This document shows, in pieces, positions 1-14,858 of a stretch of DNA of 64,000 nt. The notes beneath the pieces are model-generated. The model was not told the DNA's origin and made no database searches. It saw only the letters and a program-made list of their open reading frames with translations. The first letter of the stretch is position 1. Every line of letters starts with the position of its first letter. Source of the stretch: Somniosus microcephalus. Its lineage: Eukaryota. Location of the stretch: assembly GCA_052327205.1 (NCBI GenBank), contig CM126229.1, positions 30,814,001-30,878,000 of the forward strand, written 5' to 3'. A program made the translations under genes and the position numbers.

Positions 1-986
1 GTGGGGCTACAATTGGCATCATCTCCCCCCCTGCCTCACAAGAGGGTTCAAAGCAGCCAGGGATCCCGCGCCGTGGATCCACGTACCAGGCAGAGGCATG
101 ACCCCTGACCCCGCGCGGAAAGCTTCATTCGGGCAGCGGTTTCGGGGCGCCCATTCAGAAACCAGCTGACATTTGACCTCCCCCCAGAGTCTGGCCAGGG
201 GAACACCGTGCGGCAGGTGCTGCTTGTCTTCTGCGTTCGACTAGCATTCTAGGGTGAGCAGAGCTCGGTGCGAGCGAGCTTTCAGGCACACCGTGAGGTA
301 ACCTTAACCACGGGGGCGAGTCCAATCCCCCTGTAAGAGGCTCCTTATTTTTACTGTCGGTCCTCAGTAAAAACAGATAATTCACACCCCCGACATGTGA
401 AGGTGTGGCTTACACACCAGATGTTAAAGCACGGACACCCCTCCCTGTCCCTAATCCCAATGGGTCAGTGGGGTAAAGTTTGGTTTGGTCCTCCGTCAGT
501 TAGCAGTTGGGACGTTACAACTGACCTCTGACCTTGGGTGCGGCGGGCGGGGGGGTGGTGTGGTTAATAATTATCCAGGATTCCCGCTCCCGATTGCTGT
601 CGGATACCCTTTCTGGAAAATTTGTGGCCATCGAATGAGAACCTGTGATGCCGTCACAGTGGAATAGACAGCCGCCGCCTAAAATCTAGGCTCAGACATG
701 AAGAATGGCCATTGGCTGAGATACAGGAGGCCCTAGTTCAGCAGAGGCCATAGGGCATCACCTTGCAAGTTCACTAGGTCATAACCTGACCTCCAGCAGC
801 TGACTATGGGCTGTCATCCACTAAGGGTTGCAGGTGGCCTGAATTTGAATCTTAGCCATGAGGATGATTCCTTTAATTGTGCCAAATCAAAGGTGCCTCT
901 CACCTGTGGAAAGACAAGATCTGGAGTACTTGTTGCAGTTGTGGAGTGCAATGGCGTATTACTCAGCACGGTGCCGTCATTCGCGT

Positions 987-1786
987 AGCGGAAACTGGAT
1001 TGCAATGGTTAGTGCCTCCCGTTAGTGCCTCCGGGGGGCGCTAACGGGGCACTAGGAATTTAGCACCCGGGCGCAGCGCATTTAGCGCCGCTCGCGAAAT
1101 TGACCAGTCATCCTGCGGCGGCGCTAAACAGTACCGCCACGATCTCCTGCGCCCGCAGATTGTGACGTCAGTCAAGCGTGCAACGCCCCAGACCGGATAT
1201 TGAGTTGCGCCCCCTGCTTTAGCGCCTGCCGCTAGGAACGACAAGTAGAGGGGAACGTTTTCAAGTCGGGAAGGGACTGGGGGAGCGCTATTTAAAGGCG
1301 GGCGCTTCCTGCCTTTTCTTGTTGGCAACATTTTTGGTTTTAACACTGTCCCAAGGCGTTTTGGTCCTCGGCACCACTTTTGAGGTTCCTAAGTGCCGAG
1401 CTCTTTCCCTGGGCCTATCCATTAGTGCTTCCAACACAATTGCTTTTGAGGTCTCTTCAGGCTGAGATTCAAGGCTGCAATGAGCAGGGATTGGCTGGCC
1501 AGCAAGGTGGCCCCTCCCTTTTAAGAACTGGACAGCACCAGTCTGTCTGGCTTCCATGGTAACGGACATCGCCTGAGCTTCGGTAGCGTTCTGAGGTAGC
1601 GCCTCGCTCCCCCTGACGTTAGCGCCTTAAGAGAGGTGTGTAGCGCCTGATTTAGCGCTCCAATCACCTCCAGGGCCGATAGAGGTGAATTTTGCAGTCG
1701 GAGGCGATAATTAGCGCTGGGCGCTAAACTTTGCACCCAGCTGATATTAGCGCCCCAAAATGGGCGATACCGAATTTTCCCCCCCA
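987..1786. mobile_element. GC-rich non-autonomous DNA element (MITE), same family as 57612-58297
   Basis: Colinear similarity to the 57.6-58.3 kb copy; right end accgaattttccccccca; left end degenerate. Confidence 0.7.
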
Positions 1787-2564
1787 AGTCACTATATTGT
1801 TCGCACTTGAGGTCATTACTCCACAAGTTGGTGCCAATCTTTGCCTCAACAAGATTACCCTCTAAAAGTTAAAGTACCTTCGAGAAGGTTTAACTCTTGC
1901 CCCACTTGTACAACTAAGTCTGCCCACATTCTCCGGGATTGACTGAATTGTAAAACAAGCAGTCCACCCAGCAACAACATGCACGTTATATACCCAGGCA
2001 TGAGTTCCTGTCTTAAGGGATCGAACCGTTGATTACAGACCTCTCTACACTGATAACAATTTAGTGCCCATTGTATTTCACAAACAGAATCTCTCCTGGG
2101 TTACCGATGGAAAACCAAAACTGGGAATGCTGGAAATCTGAAGTAAAAAAAAAAATTACTGGAGAACGCACGGCTGACCTCTTTGCGTCTGAAAAACTAG
2201 ATTAATATTTCAGATAGAGTCCCTTTTTCAGAATGCTTGGCCATATCTGACAGGAGATCTCTCTATTTGAAAGATTGAGCTGTTTGCTAATAGTTGCAGC
2301 AACTCCAGTTGCCCATTGGGGGGCGCTGCTGAGCTTTGTGGAGCCAGCATTGCCAACAGCGACACCAGCAGGTGATGAGTGGCACTGCAGCACTGAGATC
2401 GCCCAGTGCATTTACTCTGGGGTTTTCTCGCTGTGTGCTGTGATTTCCAGCCTTGGTTCTCCTGTTGACATAAAACCGCTGGAAGTACATGGCAGGTTGG
2501 TCATTGCCACTCTCTCCCCCCCGGCCGATTTTCTCAGCGGAAGGAATCGTGTTCAGGGTCAAAG

Positions 2565-2872
2565 CTCCGCCATGCCGCTCCGAGATCTCTGCGCTCCTCC
2601 AATTCTGGCCTCCTGCAAATCCCCGATTTTAATCGCTCCACCATTGGCGGCCGTGCCTTCCGCTGCCTGGGACCTAAGCTCTGGAATTCCCTCCCTAAAC
2701 CCCTCCACCGCTCTCCTCCTTTAAGACGGTCCTCAAAACCTATCTGTTTGACCAACTTGCCCTAATATCTCCTTACGTGGCTCGGTATCAAATTCCATTT
2801 GATAATCACACACGTGAAGCACCTTGGGATGTTTTACTATGGTAAAGGTGCTATGTAAATGGTGTTGTTGTT
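2565..2872 (+). mobile_element. L2-type LINE 3' fragment
   Basis: Similar to 55900-56210; ends in a (GTT)n tail. Confidence 0.75.
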
Positions 2873-3112
2873 GCCCATGCTTCCGCCCCTATCCTGATTG
2901 GCTTAAATTGGGCCAGCCCATGCGTGGGTGAGCACATTCCCCAGCACAGACATCCCTCAGCTAATGAGCGCAAATGTTTACCGAAATATAGGAGGGAAAC
3001 AAAATGTGGCATGCCTCAATTTAGCCGACATTTAGGATCAATCCTAATAGTTCATGAACTGTGAGGGAGTCGGAGCAAGGAAAGGGATGAAAAACAGGCG
3101 GGTCTACAATGG

Positions 3113-6100
3113 GCTACACCGCCCCCAGTGTGAGTCTGTGTTACAGGGTGTGTCACTACACCGCCCCCAGTGTGAGTCTGTGTTACAGTGTTACTGCCCC
3201 GAGTGTGAGTCTGTGTTACAGGGTGTGTCACTACACCGCCCCCAGTGTGAGTCTGTGTTACAGGGTGTGTCACTACACCGCCCCCAGTGTGAGTCTGTGT
3301 TACAGGGTGTCGCTACACCGCCCCCAGTGTGAGTCTGTGTTACAGGGTGTTACTGCCCCGAGTGTGAGTCTGTGTTACAGGGTGTGTCGCTACAGCGCCC
3401 CCAGTGTGAGTCTGTGTTACAGGGTGTGTCACTACACCGCCCCCAGTGTGAGTCTGTGTTACAGGGTGTCGCTACACCGCCCCCAGTGTGAGTCTGTGTT
3501 ACAGGGTGTTACTGCCCCGAGTGTGAGTCTGTGTTACAGGGTGTGTCGCTACACCGCCCCCAGTGTGAGTCTGTGTTACAGGGTGGGTCACTACACCGCC
3601 CCCAGTGTGAGTCTGTGTTACAGGGTGTGTCGCTACACCGCCCCCAGTGTGAGTCTGTGTTACAGGGTGTCACTACACCGCCCCCAGTGTGAGTCTGTGT
3701 TACAGGGTGTGTCACTACACCACCCCCAGTGTGAGTCTGTGTTACAGGGTGTCACTACACCGCCCCCAGTGTGAGTCTGTGTTACAGGGTGTGTCACTAC
3801 ACCGCCCCCAGTGTGAGTCTGTGTTACAGGGTGTGTCGCTACACCGCCCCCAGTGTGAGTCTGTGTTACAGGGTGTCACTACACCGCCCCCAGTGTGAGT
3901 CTGTGTTACAGGGTGTGTCACTACACCACCCCCAGTGTGAGTCTGTGTTACAGGGTGTCACTACACCGCCCCCAGTGTGAGTCTGTGTTACAGGGTGTCG
4001 CTACACCGCCCCCAGTGGGAGTCTGTGTTACAGGGTGTCGCTACACCGCCCCCAGTGTGAGTCTGTGTTACAGGGTGTCGCTACACCGCCCCCAGTGTGA
4101 GTCTGTGTTACAGGGTGTGTCGCTACACCGCCCCCAGTGTGAGTCTGTGTTACAGGGTGTGTCGCTACACCGCCCCCAGTGTGAGTCTGTGTTACAGAGT
4201 GTGTCGCTACACCGCCCCCAGTGTGAGTCTGTGTTACAGGGTGTGTCACTACACCGCCCCCAGTGTGAGTCTGTGTTACAGGGTGTGTCACTACACCGCC
4301 CCCAGTGTGAGTCTGTGTTACAGGGTGTGTCTCTACACCGCCCCCAGTGTGAGTCTGTGTTACAGGGTGTGTCACTACACCGCCCCCAGTGTGAGTCTGT
4401 GTTACAGGGTGTGTCACTACACCGCCCCCAGTGTGAGTCTGTGTTACAGGGTGTGTCACTACACCGCCCCCAGTGTGAGTCTGTTACAGTGTGTCACTAC
4501 ACCGCCCCCAGTGTGAGTCTGTGTTACAGGGTGTGTCACTACACCGCCCCCAGTGTGAGTCTGTGTTACAGGGTGTCATTACACCGCCCCCAGTGTGAGT
4601 CTGTTACAGTGTGTCACTACACCGCCCCCAGTGTGAGTCTGTGTTACAGGGTGTGTCACCACACCGCCCCCAGTGTGAGTCTGTGTTACAGGGTGTGTCA
4701 CTACACCGCCCCCAGTGTGAGTCTGTGTTACAGGGTGTGTCGCTACACCGCCCCCAGTGTGAGTCTGTGTTACAGGGTGTTACTGCCCCGAGTGTGAGTC
4801 TGTGTTACAGGGTGTGTCACTACACCGCCCCCAGTGTGAGTCTGTGTTACAGGGTGTCATTACACCGCCCCCAGTGTGAGTCTGTGTTACAGGGTGTGTC
4901 ACCACACCGCCCCCAGTGTGAGTCTGTGTTACAGGGTGTCGCTACACCGCCCCCAGTGTGAGTCTGTGTTACAGGGTGTGTCACTACACCGCCCCCGGTG
5001 TGAGTCTGTGTTACAGGGTGTCACTACACCGCCCCCAGTGTGAGTCTGTGTTACAGGGTGTCACTACACCGCCCGCAGTGCGAGTCTGTGTTACAGGGTG
5101 TCACTACACCGCCCCCAGTGTGAGTCTGTGTTACAGGGTGTGTCACTACACCGCCCCCAGTGTGAGTCTGTGCTACAGGGTGTGTCACTACACCGCCCCC
5201 AGTGTGAGTCTGTGTTACAGGGTGTGTCACTACACCGCTCCCGGTGTGAGTCTGTGTTACAGGGTGTGTCACTACACCGCCCCCAGTGTGAGTCTGTGTT
5301 ACAGGGTGTGTCACTACACCGCCCCCAGTGTGAGTCTGTGTTACAGGGTGTGTCGCTACACCGCCCCCGGTGTGAGTCTGTGTTACAGGGTGTGTCACTA
5401 CACCGCCCCCAGTGTGAGTCTGTGTTACAGGGTGTGTCACTACACCGCCCCCAGTGTGAGTCTGTGTTACAGGGTGTCGCTACACCGCCCCCAGTGTGAG
5501 TCTGTGTTACAGGGTGTGTCACTACACCGCCCCCAGTGTGAGTCTGTGTTACAGGGTGTGTCACTACACCGCCCCCAGTGTGAGTCTGTGTTACAGGGTG
5601 TCACTACACCGCCCCCAGTGTGAGTCTGTGTTACAGGGTGTCACTACACCGCCCCCAGTGTGAGTCTGTGTTACAGGGTGTGTCACTACACTGCCCCCAG
5701 TGTGAGTCTGTGTTACACGGTGTGTCACTACACCGCCCCCAGTGTGAGTCTGTGTTACAGGGTGTGTCACTACACCGCCCCCAGTGTGAGTCTGTGTTAC
5801 AGGGTGTCACTACACCGCCCCCAGTGTGAGTCTGTGTTACAGGGTGTGTCACTACACCGCCCCCAGTGTGAGTCTGTGTTACAGGGTGTGTCACTACACC
5901 GCCCCCAGTGTGAGTCTGTGTTACAGGGTGTGTCACTACACCGCCCCCAGTGTGAGTCTGTGTTACAGGGTGTGTCACTACACCGCCCCCAGTGTGAGTC
6001 TGTGTTACAAGGTGTCACTACACCGCCCCCAGTGTGAGTCTGTGTTACAGGGTGTCGCTACACTGCCCCCAGTGTGAGTCTGTGTTACAGGGTGTGTCAC

Positions 6101-6270
6101 TACACCGCCCCCAGTGTGAGTCTGTGTTACACGATGTGTCACTACACCGCCCCCAGCGTGAGTCTGTGTTACAGGGTGTCACTACACTGCCCCCAGTGTG
6201 AGTCTGTGTTACAGGATGTGTCACTACACTGCCCCCAGTGTGAGTCTGTGTTACAGGGTGTCGCTACACT
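3113..6270. repeat. Minisatellite, 42-bp unit with 40-bp and shorter variants, about 75 copies
   Basis: Unit CTACACCGCCCCCAGTGTGAGTCTGTGTTACAGGGTGTGTCA repeated head to tail. Confidence 0.97.
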
Positions 6271-6828
6271 TTCCGCTCACACACATGGCAAGAACACTTC
6301 ATTAGTCTCAGGACAGGTTTGCTGATTGTGCTTTTTGGGTGCACTTTGACCCCGGGATGTCTCGCTGTTTTGGGTTCTCTTCCTCCTCCCACCAAACCTG
6401 GGAAATCGTCAAAGAAAAAAGAAAGACTTGCATTTATATAGTCATCACCAAGTCATCAACCTTGGTTTGATAGTTGGCCGTGGGTTAGGTGACGAAGCCA
6501 GGGACCATCCCATGTTATTGGATAATGTCAGGATTTGTGGAATTCTCATCTGACGGGATTGTTGCTGCATTGGGAAGAGCCTTTAATGATATCTCACGAG
6601 CTTGCCCGAATGGCTCAGTGTGTGGTGTACAGACCAGAAGGACCCCCACAGCGATTCCCACCCTGTGTTTACCCCCGGTTGCACTCCGGGCAATGCTACA
6701 GTTGGCCTCAGCACCTCTGGGCAAGCGAGCGGGCAGGGGGGTAGTAGAAAAAAAAAATCCAGAGTTCCCACTCCTTGATTGCCTCCGACAGGAAAGAGGA
6801 CATCAACTGAGGACAGGCTTAGTTGTGA

Positions 6829-7782
<954 letters not shown>

Positions 7783-8249
7783 TGACCATTCGTTGGTAGT
7801 TAAAGGGGAAGGCAAGTCTGGTGAAATGCTTTCTGTCTACACCGTGCCCCTCCGCGTACATACGGTTAGGAAATGATTGCCTTCTTCCATCAATTTCCTG
7901 CCACCATTTTGGGCCTGTAGATCCGCTCTAGTGACATCACTGACTGGCGCAGTCACCTTATTCCCACGGCTGTTCCATTTGAGGGGTGGGCGGCGATTCT
8001 CAAGTTTTGAATCGCCTAGGATGAGATTTAGAACCACGGTTGTCCACTATTGGCAAAGCCACATGGCACACCCAGCCCAAGGTCAGGTGGTTCTGGATCT
8101 GTTCCTGCTTCGATCTGAAGTAGTGACCTATGTTAAAGTCAACCTAACCATTCAGGGTCTCTGGCAGCCCCTCTCAAGCAGTGGGGGCACCAGGGTGTCT
8201 CTGGAGGGATAGAGAACCAAAATGGCAAGTCTCATAGAGTTGGTAGAGT

Positions 8250-10390
8250 AGGATTGAGAGATGGTAGATTGATAGAGATGGATTCATAGATTGATAATTA
8301 GAAATGGATAGATTGGTAGAGTAGGATTGACTGATATAGTCGGCCAATTGATAGAGGATGGATTGATAGAAATGGATTGACTGAGAGATGGATAGATTGA
8401 CTGAGATTGTAGATTAATAGAGAAGATAGAAAGAGATGGATGGATGGATAGAGATGGATGGATAGAGATGGATGGATGGATAGAGATGGATGGATAGAGA
8501 TGGATGGATAGAGATGGATGGATGGATAGAGATGGATAGAGATGGATGGATGGATAGAGGTGGATAGAGATGGATGGATGGATAGAGATGGATGGATGGA
8601 TAGAGATGGATGGATAGAGATGGATAGATAGAAAGAGATGGATAGAGATGGATGGATAGAGATGGATGGATAGAGATGGATAGATAGAAAGAGATGGATA
8701 GAGATGGATGGATGGATAGAGATGGATAGAGATGGATGGATGGATAGAGATGGATGGATGGATGGATGGATAGAGATGGATGGATGGATAGAGATGGATG
8801 GATGGATAGAGATGGATGGATAGAGATGGATGGATGGATAGAGATGGATGGATAGAGATGGATGGATGGATAGAGATGGATGGATAGGGATGGATAGAGA
8901 TGGATGGATAGAGATGGATGGATGGATAGAGATGGATGGATGGATAGAGATGGATGGATGGATAGAGATGGATGGATAGAGATGGATGGATGGATAGAGA
9001 TGGATGGATGGATAGAGATGGATAGAGATGGATGGATAGAGATGGATGGATGGATAGAGATGGATAGAGATGGGTGGATGGATAGGGATGGATGGATGGA
9101 GATGGATAGAGATGGATGGATAGAGATGGATGGATAGAGATGGATGGATGGAGATGGATGGATGGATAGAGATGGATGGATAGAGATGGATGGATGGATA
9201 GAGATGGATGGATAGAGATGGATGGATGGATAGAGATGGATAGAGATGGATGGATAGAGATGGATAGATAGAAAGAGATAGATAGAGATGGATGGATGGA
9301 TAGAGATGGATGGATGGATAGAGATGGATAGAGATGGATGGATGGATAGAGATGGATGGATAGAGATGGATGGATGGATAGAGATGGATGGATAGAGATG
9401 GATGGATGGATGGATAGAGATGGATGGATGGAGATGGATAGAGATGGATGGATAGAGATGGATGGATAGAGATGGATGGATGGATAGAGATGGATGGATA
9501 GAGATGGATGGATAGAGATGGATGGATAGAGATGGATGGATGGATAGAGATGGATAGAGATGGATGGATAGAGATGGATAGAGATGGATGGATGGATAGA
9601 GATGGATAGAGATGGATGGATAGAGATGGATAGATAGAAAGAGATAGATAGAGATGGATGGATGGATAGAGATGGATGGATGGATAGAGATGGATGGATG
9701 GATGGATAGAGATGGATGGATAGAGATGGATGGATGGATAGAGATGGATGGATAGAGATGGATGGATGGATGGATAGAGATGGATGGATAGAGATGGATG
9801 GATGGATAGAGATGGATGGATAGAGATGGATGGATAGATAGAGATGGATGGATAGATAGGGATGGATGGATAGAGATGGGTGGATAGAGATGGATGGATA
9901 GAGATGGATGGATAGAGATGGATGGATAGAGATGGATGGATAGATAGAGATGGATGGATAGAGATGGATGGATGGATAGAGATGGATAGATAGAGATGGA
10001 TGGATGGATAGAGATGGATGGATGGATAGAGATGGATGGATAGAGATGGATGGATAGAGATGGATGGATAGAGATGGATGGATAGATAGAGATGGATGGA
10101 TAGAGATGGATGGATGGATAGAGATGGATGGATAGATAGAGATGGATGGATGGATAGAGATGGATGGATGGATAGAGATGGATGGATGGATAGAGATGGA
10201 TGGATGGATAGAGATGGATAGAGATGGATGGATGGATAGAGATGGATGGATGGATAGAGATGGATGGATAGAGATGGATGGATGGAAAGGGATGGATTAA
10301 GATGGACCGATAGAGATGGACCGATAGGAGAGGTAAATTGATAGAGATGAATTGATAGAGATACATTGACTGATAGACATGGTAGATTAA
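8250..10390. repeat. Compound microsatellite (GGAT)n/(GATAGA)n, core 8433-10285 with degenerate flanks
   Basis: GATGGATGGATAGA-type units; source of the spurious 661-aa ORF. Confidence 0.97.
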
Positions 10391-11575
10391 TCTGCTCATT
10401 GAAGTGAAGGGGTTAAATCACATACTGTACAGCAGACAAGCACAAAACCGCTGCCAGAGAGGTTTTTTGAGAGACACTGAGGGGGCATCGCTTTTTTTAA
10501 ATAGGAATAATGGGAGAGCCACCTGATCTGTGCAAATAATCTTATGGCGAATACTGTGAAACTGTGGGCAGTGTGGGAGAAGCACAGTTTGAAATGTTGA
10601 CCATATGCCTGTGACCCCTGCCCCCAAGACCCTTTCCTTGTACAAATATAACGAACTCTGCAGTATTCTGTAGATAAAGTATTTCCGCTGGACTTTTCTT
10701 CCTCTTGAATTTCCACTAGCCCAACAAAAAAAAACCAGACAGTCGGGACAAACACTGGATGAGTGGCAGCCTAATTCAGTCTGCACTTTACTGTCCCAAG
10801 TTGTTGTTATGCTCTTTTTTATCAAATCTATTATTCCTGCTAAACTCTGAGCACAGCGAGAGTCCCCTAATGGCGCCATCAGTGGAACAGTTGACTGACA
10901 GCAGTGGGTAGCAACGCAAATTGGACAATAAGGGGAGAAATTTGCAGGGCTATAGGGAAAGAGCAGGCGAGCGGGACTAATTGGAGAGCTCTTTCAAAGA
11001 GCCAGCACAGGCGCGATGGGCCGAATGGTGTGCTGTATCACTCTGTGATTCTAATTCAAAAAGTATCCACACCATTGTTGATGTTGCTTGACTGGTTAAT
11101 TTGAGATTGGGTTAGTGAGTGTGAGGATACTGAGCCATACAGTCCAGAAGGTCTACACTGGATTTGCAAAGCGCCACATGTAGCCTCAGCTCCCGCCGTC
11201 CTCCAGGCTAGAGAGGGTTAAAATCAGCCAGGGTTCCCGCCCCCAGTCGCTGTTCAGGCAAGGATAGGACCAGGAATCACTTGCGAAGCACTTCAATGTT
11301 TGAATGGCCTGCTGACGCTCTCGCCGTCTGAGCTCGCACGTGAAGAATGGCGCTGCTGGCGCAAGGCAGCACGTCCAGGAATGTCGCTGCGTCACTGGGG
11401 AAGGGAGTCCAGCTCGGGCAGACTTTCGCCGCCATTCTCCTGCATATCGCAGTTCAGTGTAACATAATGGATGAAGAGCCAGGAACCTTGATTACAAAGA
11501 CTGCTGGTGAGGAGGCTCTCCTTGCAGACTACACTGATCCAATCCTCTTTCTTTCCTTCTCCCCATCCTGCACAG

Positions 11576-11621
11576 TACCAACAGAGGAAATGTCAAGCCT
11601 GACGCCGGAATCATCACCAGA
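11576..11621 (+). CDS. BRSK2: BRSK2-like 46-nt exon (VPTEEMSSLTPESSPE)
   Basis: Polypyrimidine tract plus cacag|TA acceptor; GA|gtaagt donor; phases 1 and 2 fit the neighbouring exons. Confidence 0.92.
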
Positions 11622-13085
11622 GTAAGTTCAACTCTTTGTGTAATGTTGAGAGTGTTGGCACAGAGCAGAAAATGGCCTCCTGCCTTGAGTCACACAGCCT
11701 CCTGCTCCTCTGTAACTCTGGACGTCTTCCTACCTTCCTGTCTCTCTGACCGCCTTCATTTTTTGCTTCCCTATTTTCTCACTTTTTTTTCTACTTCCGT
11801 TTCTTTTTCCTCAATCTCTTTCTGTCTTCCTCTCTTTATCTCGTTTCTGGCCCCTTCTCTTCATCTTGGGGCTCCCACCTCTTTCTATTTATCTTGCTCT
11901 CCCTCTTTTGTCTTCCTATTTATAGCTCTCTCTTTCTCGTTCTCGCTTCCCTTTTTCTCTCCCTCTCTCTCCTGCCTCTCTACCTACTTTATCTTTAATT
12001 CCTCACCTCTTAACCTCCTTTTCTCTCTATCCTTTGAGTATTTTACGTATTACATGGCGTTGATCTGCTAGAATAGGAGTGTGTTGGGCCTTTGGCTTTA
12101 CTAAAAATTCTTACATTCTTACGTAGACACCAGGTAGTTATATATCCATGGTACAGTGTCATCAACCCCACAACCTGCTAGATCGACGAGTAACTGACTC
12201 CTTCATTAACCCGTCTCAGGACCTCCATTCCATGATCAGTTCTGTTGTGCACATCCCCAAATGGTCTCAACATGATCAAGTAGAACTAATCTCCCCTTTA
12301 ACCACATGAAGGGCCTTCAGCACTCTGCACACTGCATTGGCCCAGAGCTTGAGTATTGGAGCGTGAGGGAGCCATCAGTGTTTCCCCGAGGAATGGAAGA
12401 TAAATCACTGGATGCACAGGTGCCTAGCGCCTGAGGTTTGAGCAATGCTATCTCCCTTGCTCTTCCCTTCCCCTGCCTCCTAGACACTCGAATGGACTGG
12501 CTTCTTCAGCATCTGCCAGTTCCATTAACGGTAAGTACATGCTGTGAGGGCTATGCAGGGTTGTGGGGAAAGAGCGGAGGAGTGGGATTAAGTGGATTGC
12601 TCTTCGAAAGAGCCGGCACAGACTTGATGGGCCAAATGGCCTCCTGTGCTGTAATATTCTATGATTTTATTCTGTTTGTGGGAGGGGGCCCTGAACACTT
12701 TATTTTTTGGGGGGGGAGGGCTCTATTCATCTGTGGATTATATCTCATTGCTTCCTATAACTTTCAAATAATAGATGGGCAGCAACTATCTGAGAAAATA
12801 TTAAAATAATTTAAAGTGGGGGATGGGATGCGCTGTTGGCTGGACTGTCTCTCAGATTAAATCCAGCCCAAAGTGATGACGGAAATCTCCTCTCTCTGGT
12901 AACTCAAAGTGGAATGAGTGTTGGCAGTCTAAATCCAGTGACTAGTGGGCATGGAGCCACAGAATGAAACCACGATTAATTGGCACTAAATTGGTCATCT
13001 CAATTGGTGTGACCATAAAGTTGGAAAGATGTCACCTTAGTGTGGTTGAGAGACTAAGCGAAGCACATGACTGAGGCAAAACACA

Positions 13086-13940
13086 GGGAGCTTTACTCTG
13101 CATCTAACCCGTGCTGTACCTGCCCTGGGAGTGTTTGACGGGACAGTGTAGAGGGAGCTTTACTCTGCATCTAACCCGTGCTGTACCTGCCCTGGGAGTG
13201 TTTGATGGGACAGTGTAGAGGGAGCTTTACTCTGTACCTAACCCGTGCTGTACCCGCCCTGGGAGTGTTTGATGGGACAGTGTAGAGGGAGCTTTACTCT
13301 GTATCTAACCCGTGCTGTACCTGCCCTGGGAGTGTTTGATGGGACAGTGTAGAGGGAGCTTTACTCTGTATCTAACCCGTGCTGTACCTGCCCTGGGAGT
13401 GTTTGATGGGACAGTGCAGAGGGAGCTTTACTCTGTATCTAACCCGTGCTGTACCTGCCCTGGGAGTGTTTGATGGGACAGTGTAGAGGGAGCTTTACTC
13501 TGTATCTTACCCGTGCTGTACCTGCCCTGGGAGTGTTTGATGGGACAGTGTAGAGGGAGCTTTACTCTGTATCTAACCCGTGCTGTACCTGCCCTGGGAG
13601 TGTTTGATGGGACAGTGTAGAGGGAGCTTTACTCTGTATCTAAACCGTGCTGTACCTGCCCTGGGAGTGTTTGATGGGACAGTGTAGAGGGAGCTTTACT
13701 CTGTATCTTACCCGTGCTGTACCTGCCCTGGGAGTGTTTGATGGGACAGTGTAGAGGGAGCTTTACTCTGTATCTAACCCGTGCTGTACCTGCCCTGGGA
13801 GTGTTTGATGGGACAGTGTAGAGGGAGCTTTACTCTGTATCTAACCCGTGCTGTACCTGCCCTGGGAGTGATTGGGGCAGTACAGAGGGAGCTTTATTCT
13901 GTATCTAAGCCCTGCAGTGCCTGACCAGAGAGTGCTTGAT
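13086..13940. repeat. Minisatellite, 67-bp unit, about 12 copies plus a degenerate end
   Basis: Unit GGAGCTTTACTCTGTATCTAACCCGTGCTGTACCTGCCCTGGGAGTGTTTGATGGGACAGTGTAGAG. Confidence 0.97.
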
Positions 13941-14028
13941 GCTGTACCTGGATTCCACATCCCTCTGGCAGGAGGTTTCATTTCTCTCCTCCATTTGCTA
14001 AGTAACACCTGTTTTCTTTCTCTTGCAG

Positions 14029-14152
14029 ACTTGCTAAGAAGTCGTGGTTTGGAAACTTTATCAACCTGGACAAAGAAGAACAGATATTTGTTGTCATCAG
14101 GGATAAGCCTCTGAGCTCCATCAAAGCAGACATTGTGCACGCCTTCCTCTCA
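14029..14152 (+). CDS. BRSK2: BRSK2-like exon, autoinhibitory segment and KA1 start ([41 protein letters not shown])
   Basis: ttctcttgcag|A acceptor; TCA|gtgaga donor; 124 nt. Confidence 0.95.
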
Positions 14153-14858
14153 GTGAGATCCCAAGCATTTCTTCTTCTGACATCAGTTTGTGCTCTCGCA
14201 ATAGGCGTAGAAGTGAAACGTTAGAGACGGGGAGAGTCCCAGGTTCAGTGGCTGACCTGTGCTGTGTTAGCTGATCTCAAGCAGGGCGGGAGTACGCCCA
14301 CTACAATTGGCCTCAGTGCCCTTGCTCTCGAGGTGGGGGAATATTTAATGCAGGGCTCCTGTTTCTGGCCACCTCCCTCCCCGCCCCCACCCCTTCTGGA
14401 AAGGGCTTGTGCATGAAGTCAGCTTAGGACAGGCTCACGGTCAAATATTCTGCTGATATTCAGGTCTGGGCTTTGTGCCTCTCCTGTGCCAATTGTTCGG
14501 CGGACCTGGGGCAGTGGGCATGCTCTGTCAACGCAGTTTTCCGATCGGGGTACAGCGGCACCTGCTGATATGTGGCCAGACGTCTGTAAAGCTCACGCAG
14601 ACAAGGGGAGCACGGGCTGCACCGCGTTTCGCGCCGTTTCCGCCGCTCCAACGTTGGACGCGGAGACTGCCAGTCCTGGTGCTCAAATAGTCAGTGAGTT
14701 GGGGGGGGCGGTGTGGCCTTGGGTCATATAGAGAATAGGGGGCCCTGTACAAGCACGATCAGAGCGCTGCCATGCAGAGGCCCCACCGTCCAGAGAAAGA
14801 CATTTATTTCAGGCGGCTGGCCGGCCATCTCCTTGTCCCGCTGTGATAGGCCCCCAGC

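Noticed and set aside
3052-6325. Many overlapping Cys/His-rich ORFs; CRISPR-like regularity
   Set aside because: All derive from the 42/40-bp minisatellite; there are no unique spacers or cas genes.
8414-10399. 661-aa minus-strand ORF (SIHLYP repeats)
   Set aside because: Translation of a GGAT/GATA microsatellite.
12492-12540. MDWLLQ on the + strand resembling the MOB2 start
   Set aside because: Wrong strand and position; the true MDWLMG exon is at 62149.
13086-13940. 67-bp periodic array as a CRISPR
   Set aside because: Whole units are identical, with no spacers; eukaryotic intron.
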